Virus record (IMG/VR): IMGVR_UViG_3300023257_000017
DNA from: an uncultured virus (IMG/VR IMGVR_UViG_3300023257_000017)
Taxonomy: Duplodnaviria; Heunggongvirae; Uroviricota; Caudoviricetes
Direction: 5' to 3' (one strand)
DNA length: 64,000 nucleotides
Positions 27,958 to 38,465 of this stretch are shown in pieces. Within the stretch, counting starts at the first letter, position 1; every line of letters begins with the position of its first letter. Below the pieces are notes generated by a model. That model was not told the origin of the DNA. It was given only the letters and a program-made list of their open reading frames with translations, and did no database searches. A program made the position numbers and the translations under genes.

Positions 27958-28173
27958 ATGGAGAACATATCTAAAATGGTAACAAAATGCTCATTCAATG
28001 AATGCCAAAAATATAGGCATAATAAAGATAGCAATTGGTTTGATATGAATGAACGTCCTAATTATATTAAAGAGTATTACAAAAAGAATTACGATATTAG
28101 CCATGGAGTCTGTCCTGAACATCTAGTTGTATGGGCTAAAGCACTAGGTATAGGAGATAAATATAAAAAGTAA
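27958..28173 (+). CDS. small Cys/His protein
   Basis: CSFNEC...ISHGVCPEH. Confidence 0.55.
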   Translation: MENISKMVTKCSFNECQKYRHNKDSNWFDMNERPNYIKEYYKKNYDISHGVCPEHLVVWAKALGIGDKYKK

Positions 28174-28223
28174 AAATCCGAACATTTAAATAATACAAAC
28201 AACATAAATTAAGATAGAAAGAG

Positions 28224-29558
28224 GTGTCTATTATGTCTAAAACGTATGTAAATACATCCGCTCAAGCTTGTGCTAGGGTTAATAAACAAGTATTACAATC
28301 TATTTTGACTTATTTAAAGCATAACGATGCAGAAATGAAAATATTACCTATGCAAGGTAAACACATAAATGAAGATAAAATGGCTAAAGTCTTACATCAA
28401 TACGATTTAGTATATGGCGATTTGAATTTAAATAATAAAATAAAGATTAAAGATTACAAAGTTAAGCCGCAAGCAATAATTCCTCTTACGGGACTTGAGC
28501 CATTAATTAAAGGAGATAGGAGCGCAATAATTGCAGGAACCAAAATTAATCTTAGAGCTGTAGCAAATTCAAATACAAGAATGGCTAAACTTCTTATGAC
28601 AACTGGTGCATTAACGCATCCTAGATACGAACAAAGACATAGAATTGGTAAGATTGCACAAATGGATCATGAGTATGGGATGGTTGTTGTTGAAGTAATT
28701 AACAACAAGACATATCATGCAAGGTATGTAGAAATTCAAAAGAATGGTAAATTCTACGACCTAGGAACTTTATATGATGGGAATACGGTTATAGAAAATC
28801 AGCGTGTAAATAGCCTTGTAATTGAGCCACATGTAACATGTATTGATCATAAATCTCTTGAAGCAACACTTAAGATGATGAAAGACCTAAAACCAAATAA
28901 TTTATTCATACATGATATGTTTAATGGAAGTTCTATAAGTCATCACAATATGAATGATATAGTTGAACTTCATCATTACTTTGGAGAGAATAAACTTTCA
29001 TTAGAAAATGAGCTTAAAGAGAATGCTGAGTTTCTAAAACTAATGCTAAATAAAATGCCTTCTGATGGTAAAATATATATTGTTGCATCTAATCATAATG
29101 AATTTATTGATAGATATTTAGGTTCTGGAAGATTCATTAACGAACCACAAAATTTAGAGATTGCATGCGATTTGCTTAAATCTGCATTCAGAGGAGTACC
29201 ACCACTAAAAGAAGGACTAAGTTATTTCATGGACATTCCAGATAATGTTATATTTCTTAATAGAGGAGAAGATCTTAGGATATTAGGTTATTATATGAAT
29301 AATCATGGTGACAAAGGGCCTAATGGAGCAAGAGGAAGTCCAAGAGGATATGATAAAAACTTAGAAAAAAGTATCTCAGGTCATGGACACACATGTTATA
29401 AATATCGTCACACAATAAAGATAGGAACAATAGCTCAACTTCATCAAAGATATAATATGGGTGGTCAAAGTAATTGGTCTTCTACAAATGGAATCCTTCA
29501 TCCTAACGGAAAAACGCAACTTATTAATTTAGTAAACGGATTTTACAAAGGTGAATAA
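28224..29558 (+). CDS. calcineurin-like metallophosphoesterase domain protein
   Basis: IHDMFNG.SISHH, SNHNEF, HGDKGPNG, GHGH; TATA box GAACATTTAAATAA upstream. Confidence 0.75.
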   Translation: MSIMSKTYVNTSAQACARVNKQVLQSILTYLKHNDAEMKILPMQGKHINEDKMAKVLHQYDLVYGDLNLNNKIKIKDYKVKPQAIIPLTGLEPLIKGDRSAIIAGTKINLRAVANSNTRMAKLLMTTGALTHPRYEQRHRIGKIAQMDHEYGMVVVEVINNKTYHARYVEIQKNGKFYDLGTLYDGNTVIENQRVNSLVIEPHVTCIDHKSLEATLKMMKDLKPNNLFIHDMFNGSSISHHNMNDIVELHHYFGENKLSLENELKENAEFLKLMLNKMPSDGKIYIVASNHNEFIDRYLGSGRFINEPQNLEIACDLLKSAFRGVPPLKEGLSYFMDIPDNVIFLNRGEDLRILGYYMNNHGDKGPNGARGSPRGYDKNLEKSISGHGHTCYKYRHTIKIGTIAQLHQRYNMGGQSNWSSTNGILHPNGKTQLINLVNGFYKGE

Positions 29559-29564
29559 TAATGA

Positions 29565-29819
29565 ATGGATCAGTTACAGGAGGATAGAATGGAAAATAAG
29601 ACACTAGAATTAGAAGCATTAGTAATGTTTGGTAAAGATAATATTTGTGTAATGGACGAACATGGGAATATTTATTCAGTAATACATCCAAAAGATTATG
29701 ATGTTAATAATTATAAAGATATGAACAATAAAATATATTATAAGATAGTATCTAACAAAGAAGAGAGAGAATTGGTACTAGATGTAATATATGCTAAAGG
29801 AGAAAATGAAATACAATAA
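29565..29819 (+). CDS. hypothetical protein
   Basis: AGGTGA RBS. Confidence 0.5.
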   Translation: MDQLQEDRMENKTLELEALVMFGKDNICVMDEHGNIYSVIHPKDYDVNNYKDMNNKIYYKIVSNKEERELVLDVIYAKGENEIQ

Positions 29820-30085
29820 TATTTCGTTTAGTCATAGCTTTGTTCCTCCGTATAGCTTAGACGATGATAGAAGATGGTTTGAATTTAATATTATAACATT
29901 TGGATTTAGAAGAATAAAAGAAATTAAAAAAAGAACATTTTACATTAAGATATTTAACTACACTTTGAGATGGGAATGGTGGGGACATGAAGATTAATAT
30001 ATCCAAACAAAAAGCTTAAATAATATTGCATCCTAGAAAAATCTGGGGTTTTAAAAATAATACAAAAAAAAAGAGAGGAAATAAA

Positions 30086-32083
30086 ATGGACACTACATTA
30101 GTTATTAAAAACTGTGAAGAAATACTAGAGAAGAATAATTTAATCCCTAAAAATAATCTTATTGAGATAACATTCAGTATGTTAATCGAGCAGGATTTTG
30201 AGCTTGGGGAAATGTTACATGAGAGTTATGAAGAATTAAAACAATGTTTCTATATTGCACTAGAGAAAAGATTTGATGATACAATAAGAAATATACAGAA
30301 AGTTGTTGTACACTTTACAAAAATACCTGATAGCATGAACATAGGTATTGGTAGTATTAGAAAAGAGAATATAAATAAATTCTATAAAGTTGAAGGTATG
30401 ATTGTTAAGACTGGCGACGTAAAAATTGCTGTGAAGAGTATACGACAAGAATGTAGTTCGTGTGGAAATATTATTAACGTATTACAAATATCAGACATTC
30501 TGCGTACTGCTACAAAATGTTCTTGTGGATCTAAAAATAGATTTAGAACAATATCTGAAGAATTTAAAAACGTGCAAGACATTATAGTTGAAGAATATAT
30601 AACTGATTATACTGATAAGAAAGCAAGACCAACAGTGATTAAAGTTGCACTAGAAGAAGAATTGTGTGATGAAGAATTATCTAAGAAAATACAACCAGGT
30701 AAACACGTATTCATAGGTGGACAAATAATCAATAAAAATATAGAGAAAGGAAGGCAAGCAACAATCTATTCTAGCTTCGAAATAAAAGCCAATGATATTA
30801 AAGTTGAAGATATTAGTTTCTTCAATCTTAAAGTTCCACCTAAATATATTGAAGAATTTAAATTGATGGATAAAGAGTCTATATTGACTGATGTAAGCGA
30901 ATCAACATTCTATGGAATTGAAGGACATAAAATTGTTAAGGAAATATTAGCAATAAGTCGAGCTAGAGGAGTTAAAACATATCACGAAGATGGTAGAACT
31001 AAGCAAAGAGATACAATTAACTGCCTTATTTTAGGCTCACCTGGAGGAGGAAAATCAGAATTATGTAAAATGTCTGTAGCAATTGATCCAATACATCTGT
31101 CTGTTTCTGGGAAAGGTGTGTCTGGTGCTGGATTAACTGGTTCCTGTGAGTTTGATAAACAATTAGGGAGCTGGAGTGTTACACCTGGAGGAGTTCCAAG
31201 AACAAATAAAGGCTCGATCTTTATTGATGAAGGGGACAAAATTAGTGATGATGATACAGCTTCATTAAACGAAGCAATGACTAGTCTTTCATTTATGATT
31301 GTTAAAGCTGGACAACAAGTAACACTTCAAGCCGATGTTAATATATTAATGGCAGCTAATCCTCATGGTCGAAAATTTGATAAAGGTTTACCTAAATATA
31401 GACAAATAACACTAAAGCCGGACTTCATGGATAGATATGATATTTGGATTGCATTAAATAAAATTGTTGATAGAGATAAAAGCAAGAAAGTTATTGGAAA
31501 GATAATAGATAGTTTCAATACAAATGACATTGCTACCGACAGAAAATATAATTTAACATTCCTTAGATATTATTATGCATGGATTATTCAAACATTTAAA
31601 CCTGCAATAAGTAAAGAAGTTGGTGAATATGCAAAAGATGAGATAAGTAAAATCATGAGCAAAGCTGGAAATAATGAAGATATTGACATATCATACAGAT
31701 TAGTAGGAAATGTTATTAGATTTGGTATTGCACTTGCAAAGATAACTCAAGATAACTTTGTCAAAAAACATCATATAGATAGGGCTATTTATTATCAAAC
31801 ATTTGGATTTCAGTCTTTAGACATGATAGATGAGAAAGGATTTATATCTTATGAAAAGTTAAACTTTGAAATACCAAAAGAAGTTAAAAGAAGACAATAT
31901 ACATTCATAGACATATTAAAAGAGATGAATGAAAAAGAAAAAGGACCAATAAGTACTAGTGAATTAGAAAAAATGTGGGAAGAAGAGGGAAACGACCCGA
32001 AAGAAGTTGATGACATATTAGACAAATTGAAAAACCGTGGACAAATATTCGAACCACGCAGAGATTTTTTTAAAATTTTATAA
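30086..32083 (+). CDS. mcm: MCM replicative helicase
   Basis: Zn finger CSSC..CSC, Walker A GSPGGGKS, SGAGLT, Walker B IFIDEGDK, MAANP, arginine finger MDRYD, C-terminal winged helix (GQIFEPR). Confidence 0.95.
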   Translation: MDTTLVIKNCEEILEKNNLIPKNNLIEITFSMLIEQDFELGEMLHESYEELKQCFYIALEKRFDDTIRNIQKVVVHFTKIPDSMNIGIGSIRKENINKFYKVEGMIVKTGDVKIAVKSIRQECSSCGNIINVLQISDILRTATKCSCGSKNRFRTISEEFKNVQDIIVEEYITDYTDKKARPTVIKVALEEELCDEELSKKIQPGKHVFIGGQIINKNIEKGRQATIYSSFEIKANDIKVEDISFFNLKVPPKYIEEFKLMDKESILTDVSESTFYGIEGHKIVKEILAISRARGVKTYHEDGRTKQRDTINCLILGSPGGGKSELCKMSVAIDPIHLSVSGKGVSGAGLTGSCEFDKQLGSWSVTPGGVPRTNKGSIFIDEGDKISDDDTASLNEAMTSLSFMIVKAGQQVTLQADVNILMAANPHGRKFDKGLPKYRQITLKPDFMDRYDIWIALNKIVDRDKSKKVIGKIIDSFNTNDIATDRKYNLTFLRYYYAWIIQTFKPAISKEVGEYAKDEISKIMSKAGNNEDIDISYRLVGNVIRFGIALAKITQDNFVKKHHIDRAIYYQTFGFQSLDMIDEKGFISYEKLNFEIPKEVKRRQYTFIDILKEMNEKEKGPISTSELEKMWEEEGNDPKEVDDILDKLKNRGQIFEPRRDFFKIL

Positions 32084-32084
32084 A

Positions 32085-32321
32085 ATGGCAATAGAATTAA
32101 CAGATAGAGAGTTTAAAATTCATGCAATATTAAAGGAACATAAGAAGACAGGATTACCACAGTATAAACTATTCAAGAAGTTAAAGAAAGATGAAAAGAT
32201 ACATTATACAACATTTAATAAATTACTGTTTTCATTAAGATTTAAAGAGCTTATTACAATAAAGACACAAATGAGTGAAAAAACTAAAAGGAGAATAAGA
32301 ATGGTATGTTTAATCAGTTAA
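32085..32321 (+). CDS. putative winged-helix protein
   Basis: LTDRE..I..IL...TTFNKLLFSL...LI pattern; follows mcm. Confidence 0.55.
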   Translation: MAIELTDREFKIHAILKEHKKTGLPQYKLFKKLKKDEKIHYTTFNKLLFSLRFKELITIKTQMSEKTKRRIRMVCLIS

Positions 32322-32409
32322 ACTCATAGGGATATTGGCGTATTTCTTTACCTCTTTATTCACCCCACGCATTGCCGCCAATATTCCTTTATCATTAATA
32401 TGGAAAAAA

Positions 32410-32952
32410 ATGAAACAACTAATAAACCAAACACAATGGAGCAATAAAAACTATCTATGTAGTATAGACGGTAATGATTATAATAATAGTATGCCGATTG
32501 AAGTGATACATTTTGAATATTATAAATGGTCAAAAGAACAAATTAATATATCAACAATGAAAGCCAAATATAATAAACTTATACAAGAAAGAAGGATTAT
32601 AAATAAAGCTAAATATATTTCTGTTAGTAAGTTTGAAAAGATATTGTGTGAGATGTTAAAAGATATATTTGAGTCTGGTAAGGTTAATTTTATTAAAAAG
32701 CACATTATAATAAGAAGGATATATGAGAAACATAGAAATAAAAATAAGGTAGTAAGAACTATATTCGAAATATATATGGATAATACATTATTGGCATTTA
32801 TTAAACAAACAATTGAAGCAGAAGATGGATTTATTAATGTTCTTGAAGAATTACTAAGTGAAACAGAAGAGAATAAAAGAAGATGTAGAGCAGAAGTTGA
32901 TGATTTATTTGAACAATGTATTAACTTTGCTAATAAAGGAGGAGAATTATAA
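32410..32952 (+). CDS. hypothetical protein
   Basis: Long ORF coupled to the resolvase. Confidence 0.55.
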   Translation: MKQLINQTQWSNKNYLCSIDGNDYNNSMPIEVIHFEYYKWSKEQINISTMKAKYNKLIQERRIINKAKYISVSKFEKILCEMLKDIFESGKVNFIKKHIIIRRIYEKHRNKNKVVRTIFEIYMDNTLLAFIKQTIEAEDGFINVLEELLSETEENKRRCRAEVDDLFEQCINFANKGGEL

Positions 32953-33458
32953 TGGTATGTTATGTTGGTATAGATCCGTCTCTTACTGCAGCTGCAATTT
33001 TTTGTGAGTCAGAAGAAAGGGTTATAAAGACAACTACAAAAAATACTGATTTAGATAGGTTCAAAACAATAACAGACGAAATATTTAAAATTATATTTAG
33101 ACAAAAAGAAGACGTTGTTGTAGGAATTGAAGGGTTTTCTTTTGGGTCAAGAGGTAGAGGAGTTTCTAAAATGTATGGGATTGGTTGGGCTATTAGAATA
33201 ATGTTACATGAAAAGAATATTCCGTTTTATGAAATAACTCCAACTGCATTAAAAAAGTTTGCTACAGGAAGCGGAAAAGGAGAGAAAGCTCTGATATTAA
33301 AAGCAGTGTACAAAAAGTGGAACTATGATACTAATAATAATAACTTAGCAGATGCTTATGTTTTGTGGAAAGTAGTGAGACACATACACGAAGAAACTAT
33401 ACCAGAATTAGAATATGAGAAAGAAGTAATTGAAAAGTTGCAAAAACAAAAAGTTTAA
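32952..33458 (+). CDS. RuvC-like Holliday junction resolvase
   Basis: VGIDPSLT, VGIEGFSF, PTALKKFATGSG, NNLADAY. Confidence 0.88.
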   Translation: MVCYVGIDPSLTAAAIFCESEERVIKTTTKNTDLDRFKTITDEIFKIIFRQKEDVVVGIEGFSFGSRGRGVSKMYGIGWAIRIMLHEKNIPFYEITPTALKKFATGSGKGEKALILKAVYKKWNYDTNNNNLADAYVLWKVVRHIHEETIPELEYEKEVIEKLQKQKV

Positions 33459-33499
33459 ATATTAGATAATTCTTAAAATAGGTTAGCTATGAATATATA

Positions 33500-33877
33500 T
33501 TGTTTGTTCAGTCCGTGGCGGTAGAACGAATAATACTATTTGCATTACACCACTCTTTTCATTCCGTCATGGACAAATATTTTATTAAATTAAAAGTAAT
33601 ATTACAAAAAAAGGTGATTACAATAGAAGAAGATAACACAATAGAAGTGGCTAGTCCTTGCTATACAGGAAGAGTTTCTATTCTAAGATCAGATTCAGGA
33701 TTTATATCTGGACATGGTATTACTGGTTATGAAAACAAAGATATTTATTTCTCATTTAAAGTTTTAAAAGAAGTAGGAATACTACAAGGTGATTCTGTTA
33801 AATTCAATATAGGTAGAAGCATTGATAAAATTTGGGCTGAGAATGTAGAGAAAATAGAATCAACAAATCAAGATTAA
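33500..33877 (+). CDS. cold-shock-like OB-fold protein (true start probably ~33613)
   Basis: TGRV...SGFI...DIYFSF...GDSVKFNI...AENV. Confidence 0.6.
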   Translation: MFVQSVAVERIILFALHHSFHSVMDKYFIKLKVILQKKVITIEEDNTIEVASPCYTGRVSILRSDSGFISGHGITGYENKDIYFSFKVLKEVGILQGDSVKFNIGRSIDKIWAENVEKIESTNQD

Positions 33878-33896
33878 AAAAAGGAGAGGATACAAA

Positions 33897-35318
33897 ATGA
33901 GTAAGAAAAAAGTTTGCATAATGGGTGATAACCTAAACTATACAACTGGCAATGCACGAGTAATAAAAGAACTATCAAGAGGTTTAGCAAAACTTCCATT
34001 CTATGATGTCTCACATATTGCTATTGGTCCTGATGATATTGAACAAAAAGAGAAAGGTGTTAAGTTTCTACCAGTACAAGAAGGTGGATTTGATGATGCA
34101 AGCGTATTCAAATTTCTAGAGAAAATATCACAATATATTAAAAGAGAAAAGTTCGATTATATTATTATACTTGGTGATGCAATTAACTATCAAAAAAGAG
34201 GTATTGGAAATCTCAATATGAAACATTTATCGCCAAAGACTAAAGTAATATTTTGGGAGACTGTAGATTCTAATTCAAGATTATGTATGGAACAAGGTTA
34301 TTGTTTACGTAATGCAAGAAGTGAAATATACGGAATATGCGATAAAGTTGTTGCAACTGCACATTATGGTAAAGATGTTCTTGAAGCAGAAATGGTTAAA
34401 GTCGATAAAGTTATTTGGGAGTTTGCTGATACTGATAAATTCTTTCCTATAGACAAAAAAAAGCGTGATGAAATTAGAAAAGAATACAGGCTAAAAACTG
34501 ATGATTTCATATTATTAATGGTTGGTAGAAATATTAGAAGAAAAAATAATGAGTTGGCGTTTAGAGCATTATATCCGCTTATGCTAAAACATGAAGATCT
34601 AAAAGTATTCTGTTTAATTCCAGACTTCAGAAGGGATGATGACAATGATTTGGTAGACTACATAAAAAGAGTTCTTACTAAAAAGTATGGTAGAGATTTG
34701 ATGGAAGAAGGACAGATTATATTCTGTACAAGCGATGGAAAAACTCCAATTAGATTAATGGAAGGAGTTACTGACAATGAGATTGTTAGGTTTCATCAAT
34801 TAAGTGACGCTTTTATATCTGCAACAAGCAATGAAGGGTTTAATTTGAACTATGGAGAAGCTTTAGCGGTAGGTCATCCTTACGTTGGAATTGCTAACAC
34901 TACATTACCTGAATTATCTGAAGATGGTAAGTTTGCATATATGGCACCTATAGACTTTGAGTTTAATGTTGGATCTGGTATAGAAATATCCACATGTAAG
35001 CATGATACATTAACTAAATATATAGAAATGTGCTATGAAGATTGGAATTTGAAATATTCTAAACAAAATGAACTTATTAAATTAAAGGCAGATTTGTTTA
35101 GACAAAAATTATTAAAAGTTCCTGAAGAAGAAATAAGAGAAACTGAACTTAAAATAACTAACCATAAAGCTGATAAAACATTAGAACAGACTGCAAAGAT
35201 AAAAAGTAAACAAGGGGAAAAAGAGGCCTTAGTTAAACACATACAAGACACAATGACAAGAGGAAAATGTATTGCTGAATGGCATAAATTCCTAAAATCA
35301 ATAGACGAGGGTAAATAA
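33897..35318 (+). CDS. GT4-family glycosyltransferase
   Basis: TTGNARV, VGRNIRRKN, SDAFISATSNEGFNLNYGEALAVG. Confidence 0.88.
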   Translation: MSKKKVCIMGDNLNYTTGNARVIKELSRGLAKLPFYDVSHIAIGPDDIEQKEKGVKFLPVQEGGFDDASVFKFLEKISQYIKREKFDYIIILGDAINYQKRGIGNLNMKHLSPKTKVIFWETVDSNSRLCMEQGYCLRNARSEIYGICDKVVATAHYGKDVLEAEMVKVDKVIWEFADTDKFFPIDKKKRDEIRKEYRLKTDDFILLMVGRNIRRKNNELAFRALYPLMLKHEDLKVFCLIPDFRRDDDNDLVDYIKRVLTKKYGRDLMEEGQIIFCTSDGKTPIRLMEGVTDNEIVRFHQLSDAFISATSNEGFNLNYGEALAVGHPYVGIANTTLPELSEDGKFAYMAPIDFEFNVGSGIEISTCKHDTLTKYIEMCYEDWNLKYSKQNELIKLKADLFRQKLLKVPEEEIRETELKITNHKADKTLEQTAKIKSKQGEKEALVKHIQDTMTRGKCIAEWHKFLKSIDEGK

Positions 35319-35319
35319 A

Positions 35320-35718
35320 ATGAGTGTACCTATATTTCAAAAAGGAGAATTGTTTCAGTTGAAAGAAATTGTTGAACTTGTAAATAAAGATAATCATAGC
35401 TTTTCAGAAACAGGTTTGAGCCAATATTCAGAAGGGTATTTTGAATATAAAGGTATTAATTTAAAGAAAGAGTTCAAGCATACTTTCTCGCAAATCACAG
35501 AATTAAAAAAAGAAATAGAATGTAGAATAAGTAAAAGCATAGAATTATTTAACAACAAAGATACAATCTATATATTTGTTAGTATAAATGATAAAATATA
35601 TTCTACCGTAATGATATGTCAATTGGATTTAGAGAATAAAGATAATATGATAGAAGTTGCAAAAATAATTACAGAACAACTAAACAATTTAATATTAGAA
35701 AAAATAGGTGATATATAA
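35320..35718 (+). CDS. hypothetical protein
   Basis: Within the glycan operon. Confidence 0.55.
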   Translation: MSVPIFQKGELFQLKEIVELVNKDNHSFSETGLSQYSEGYFEYKGINLKKEFKHTFSQITELKKEIECRISKSIELFNNKDTIYIFVSINDKIYSTVMICQLDLENKDNMIEVAKIITEQLNNLILEKIGDI

Positions 35719-36764
35719 TGACAAAAAATATTATTTGGGTCAATCAATTCAAGTTAAAAGAGAGCGATAAAGACAATCCACATATAGCAATACTAGGTGG
35801 AGCAGAAGTAACAATAAGCAAACATATGAAATACTTGAGAGAACAAGGTCATACTGTTGAATTTATGACACCTTTAGATTTTGATAGAAATAAAATTGAC
35901 GCATGCGATTTAGTTATATTATCTAATGTTGTTTGGGATAAGAAAAAAGGTGCATTTAATCTTAGAGATTTAGATTATATAGTTGATACAAAACCATACG
36001 TGACATTTTCTCATGATGCACAATATTGTATGTATCGAAACCCTGATTGTATGGATGGAGGAACAAGCCTAAGGTGTCCTATTAAACTTTGTAGGGATAG
36101 TGTTAATCTACATTGGTGGAAAAAAGCGTTCAAAAATAGCAAGCTAAACGTGTTCTTATCACCATTACAAGTTAATGACGCTAAATTCTTTTTTTGGAAT
36201 GAATTAAGTGATGATAGGACTGTGTGCATACCACCACCTATTAAAAAGTCAGATATGTCACCTAGTCCAACTGCTGTGATTAAAGGCACTTATTGTGTTA
36301 TTGGTGCTATTTATCCAGGTAAAGGTATTGCTGATATTCTAGATAATTATAAAGAGCTAGGTAAAAACTTAAGATTTATTGGAAGTGCAAATCATGCAGG
36401 ACTTGTTAAAAGGATAGTTGAAAATAAACATACATTAGTTCCGCCAGTAACACACAAACAAATGGCTAACATTCTACAAAAATATGAGCATATTATAATA
36501 AGTAGAAGAATTAAAATGATGGATAATAAAGGTAATGCTGTCATTGACGAGAATAAAAAGCCACGATACCATTTTATGAAAGAAGGCTTCAGTAGAATAA
36601 TTATGGAAGCAATAAATTGTGGAGTTAATGTTATCTGCGATAAAGATTCAAAGAAAAAAATTGGATTTTATTCATACAATAAATCTAATGAAGAAATGAG
36701 TGTGTTATGTGATAATGCAGAAAAACAGCTACATGACGAATTAAAAACAAAGGAGTTGGTTTAA
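35718..36764 (+). CDS. GT-B (GT4-like) glycosyltransferase
   Basis: GGAEVT, YPGKG, EGFSRIIMEAINCG. Confidence 0.8.
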   Translation: MTKNIIWVNQFKLKESDKDNPHIAILGGAEVTISKHMKYLREQGHTVEFMTPLDFDRNKIDACDLVILSNVVWDKKKGAFNLRDLDYIVDTKPYVTFSHDAQYCMYRNPDCMDGGTSLRCPIKLCRDSVNLHWWKKAFKNSKLNVFLSPLQVNDAKFFFWNELSDDRTVCIPPPIKKSDMSPSPTAVIKGTYCVIGAIYPGKGIADILDNYKELGKNLRFIGSANHAGLVKRIVENKHTLVPPVTHKQMANILQKYEHIIISRRIKMMDNKGNAVIDENKKPRYHFMKEGFSRIIMEAINCGVNVICDKDSKKKIGFYSYNKSNEEMSVLCDNAEKQLHDELKTKELV

Positions 36765-36887
36765 AATGGCAAAAGAAAATTATGGAAAGAAAGATGGTAG
36801 TAAAAAAGGATCAAAAAAAGGTGGTGCAAGAAGAAATAAAACTACACCATGTAGGCATCCAGATAAAAAATAAAACAATTTAGAACA

Positions 36888-37043
36888 ATGACAGATACGT
36901 ATAAGATAAATAAGGTTATTTTAAAGAAAGCAAGAGATTTAGGCCATTGCCCTTGTAATCTTGTAAAACCTTGTCCTTGTGATGATTTTTTAGATAATGA
37001 TGAATGTATTTGTGGAGCTTATAAAAAAAAGGTGGAAAAATGA
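36888..37043 (+). CDS. mini ferredoxin-thioredoxin reductase catalytic-subunit-like protein (51 aa, not in ORF track)
   Basis: GHCPC...PCPC...ECICGAY: CPC/CPC/CxC motif; ATGA overlap with the next gene. Confidence 0.65.
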   Translation: MTDTYKINKVILKKARDLGHCPCNLVKPCPCDDFLDNDECICGAYKKKVEK

Positions 37044-37828
37044 AAAAAGACTTAATTATTGGTGCAAAAGGACAAATCGGGACTGCTATCTATAAATGTT
37101 ATGAAGATAATGATAAACCATTAACTTTTGATATTAAAAATACAGATAAATATGTCGAAGAAGATTTGAAAAATATTCACTGTATGCATGTATGTATTCC
37201 TTTTTTTAATAAAGATCAATTCATAGATGCAGTTAAAGGATATATATTTAAATATAAACCCAAGACTGTTATTGTGCATTCAACAGTGCCACCAGGAACT
37301 ACAAGACAAATATTTGAAAGTGAAAAAAATAATATTGAAGCAATAGCACAATCACCTTGTTGTGGTGTCCATCCTTTTTTATATGAGAGTATTAAATTTA
37401 TTTTTACTAAAATATTTGGAGCTATTGGAACACCAAAAGGTATAGGGTATATATCTGATACTCTAGTTGTAGATATGGGATTAAAATATGTTGAACAATA
37501 TAATTCTCCTGAAGAAACAGAGATGACTAAGATACTATCAACTACAGTATATTCACATCATATTGCAATAGTAACTGAGATTAATAGAATCTGTGAAGAG
37601 TATGGATTAGACTTTAATAATGTATTCACTAAATGGACTAAGAATTATAACAGAGGTTATCAAAAACTAGACAAGGACCATTTTGTTAGGCCAGTATTAT
37701 ATCCATGTACAGAAGGAGAATTAAAGGGTCATTGTATAAAAGAAAATATAAATCTAATGAAGAAATATATGAAACCAACTTGGCTTACAGATTTAAAACC
37801 TAAAAGGTTGCTTGGTGAAGATGACTAA
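37040..37828 (+). CDS. UDP-glucose/GDP-mannose dehydrogenase family protein
   Basis: IIGAKGQIG, VCIP, HSTVPPGTT, TEMTKI, GHCI catalytic Cys. Confidence 0.8.
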   Translation: MKKDLIIGAKGQIGTAIYKCYEDNDKPLTFDIKNTDKYVEEDLKNIHCMHVCIPFFNKDQFIDAVKGYIFKYKPKTVIVHSTVPPGTTRQIFESEKNNIEAIAQSPCCGVHPFLYESIKFIFTKIFGAIGTPKGIGYISDTLVVDMGLKYVEQYNSPEETEMTKILSTTVYSHHIAIVTEINRICEEYGLDFNNVFTKWTKNYNRGYQKLDKDHFVRPVLYPCTEGELKGHCIKENINLMKKYMKPTWLTDLKPKRLLGEDD

Positions 37829-38465
37829 AATATATCAAATAGAAGGAGGTTATCCAATAGCTGTTCTTGTTAAAGGTAAAGAGATAATTTCAATTATTGA
37901 AGAAGCTAAAATTAATCCTGCATTTACAGACAAATCACCAATACAAGCAACAGCTATATTACAGAATATGTATTGTGTAGAAGTTAAAGACATAATTATA
38001 GGCTTACCTAAAGAGACTGCTAAAAACTCATATCTTGGTTTAGATTTTGATAAGAACTTTTGTTTTGACCTAGTTAAAAAGAGTGGTTTATATTACGAGC
38101 TATTTCAAACACCTTTTGCAAAACCACAACAATTGTTTGATAGAATAGCTGAATTAGTAAGAGAAGGTAAAAAGGTAGGTTTCTTTCAAGGAAGACATAG
38201 AACTAAAAATGGTATTGACTTCAATAGATGTATAATTGGGAAAAGGAAATATAATTTTACTAAAACTTTTGAAGAAGACGTTAAAGGTTCTATATTCTTT
38301 AGATTTATTGATACTTACGGACATAAATTCTTTCCATACAAATTAAACGCATACAACCCTATTGAAGCAATAGAGAAACTCAAAGATAAAGAGATTGATT
38401 TCTTAGTATTGTATAATTGTATTTGCTCATTAAAAACAGTAGAGGAGAAAAAAGTTGAAGATTAA
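37821..38465 (+). CDS. degenerate carbamoyltransferase (NodU/CmcH)-like protein
   Basis: IAELVREGKKVGFFQGR...NRCIIG resembles the NodU C-terminal domain; much shorter than the full enzyme. Confidence 0.45.
   Translation: MTKIYQIEGGYPIAVLVKGKEIISIIEEAKINPAFTDKSPIQATAILQNMYCVEVKDIIIGLPKETAKNSYLGLDFDKNFCFDLVKKSGLYYELFQTPFAKPQQLFDRIAELVREGKKVGFFQGRHRTKNGIDFNRCIIGKRKYNFTKTFEEDVKGSIFFRFIDTYGHKFFPYKLNAYNPIEAIEKLKDKEIDFLVLYNCICSLKTVEEKKVED

Noticed and set aside
30086..32083. Intein in MCM
   Set aside because: Length and motif spacing are normal, with no intein signature
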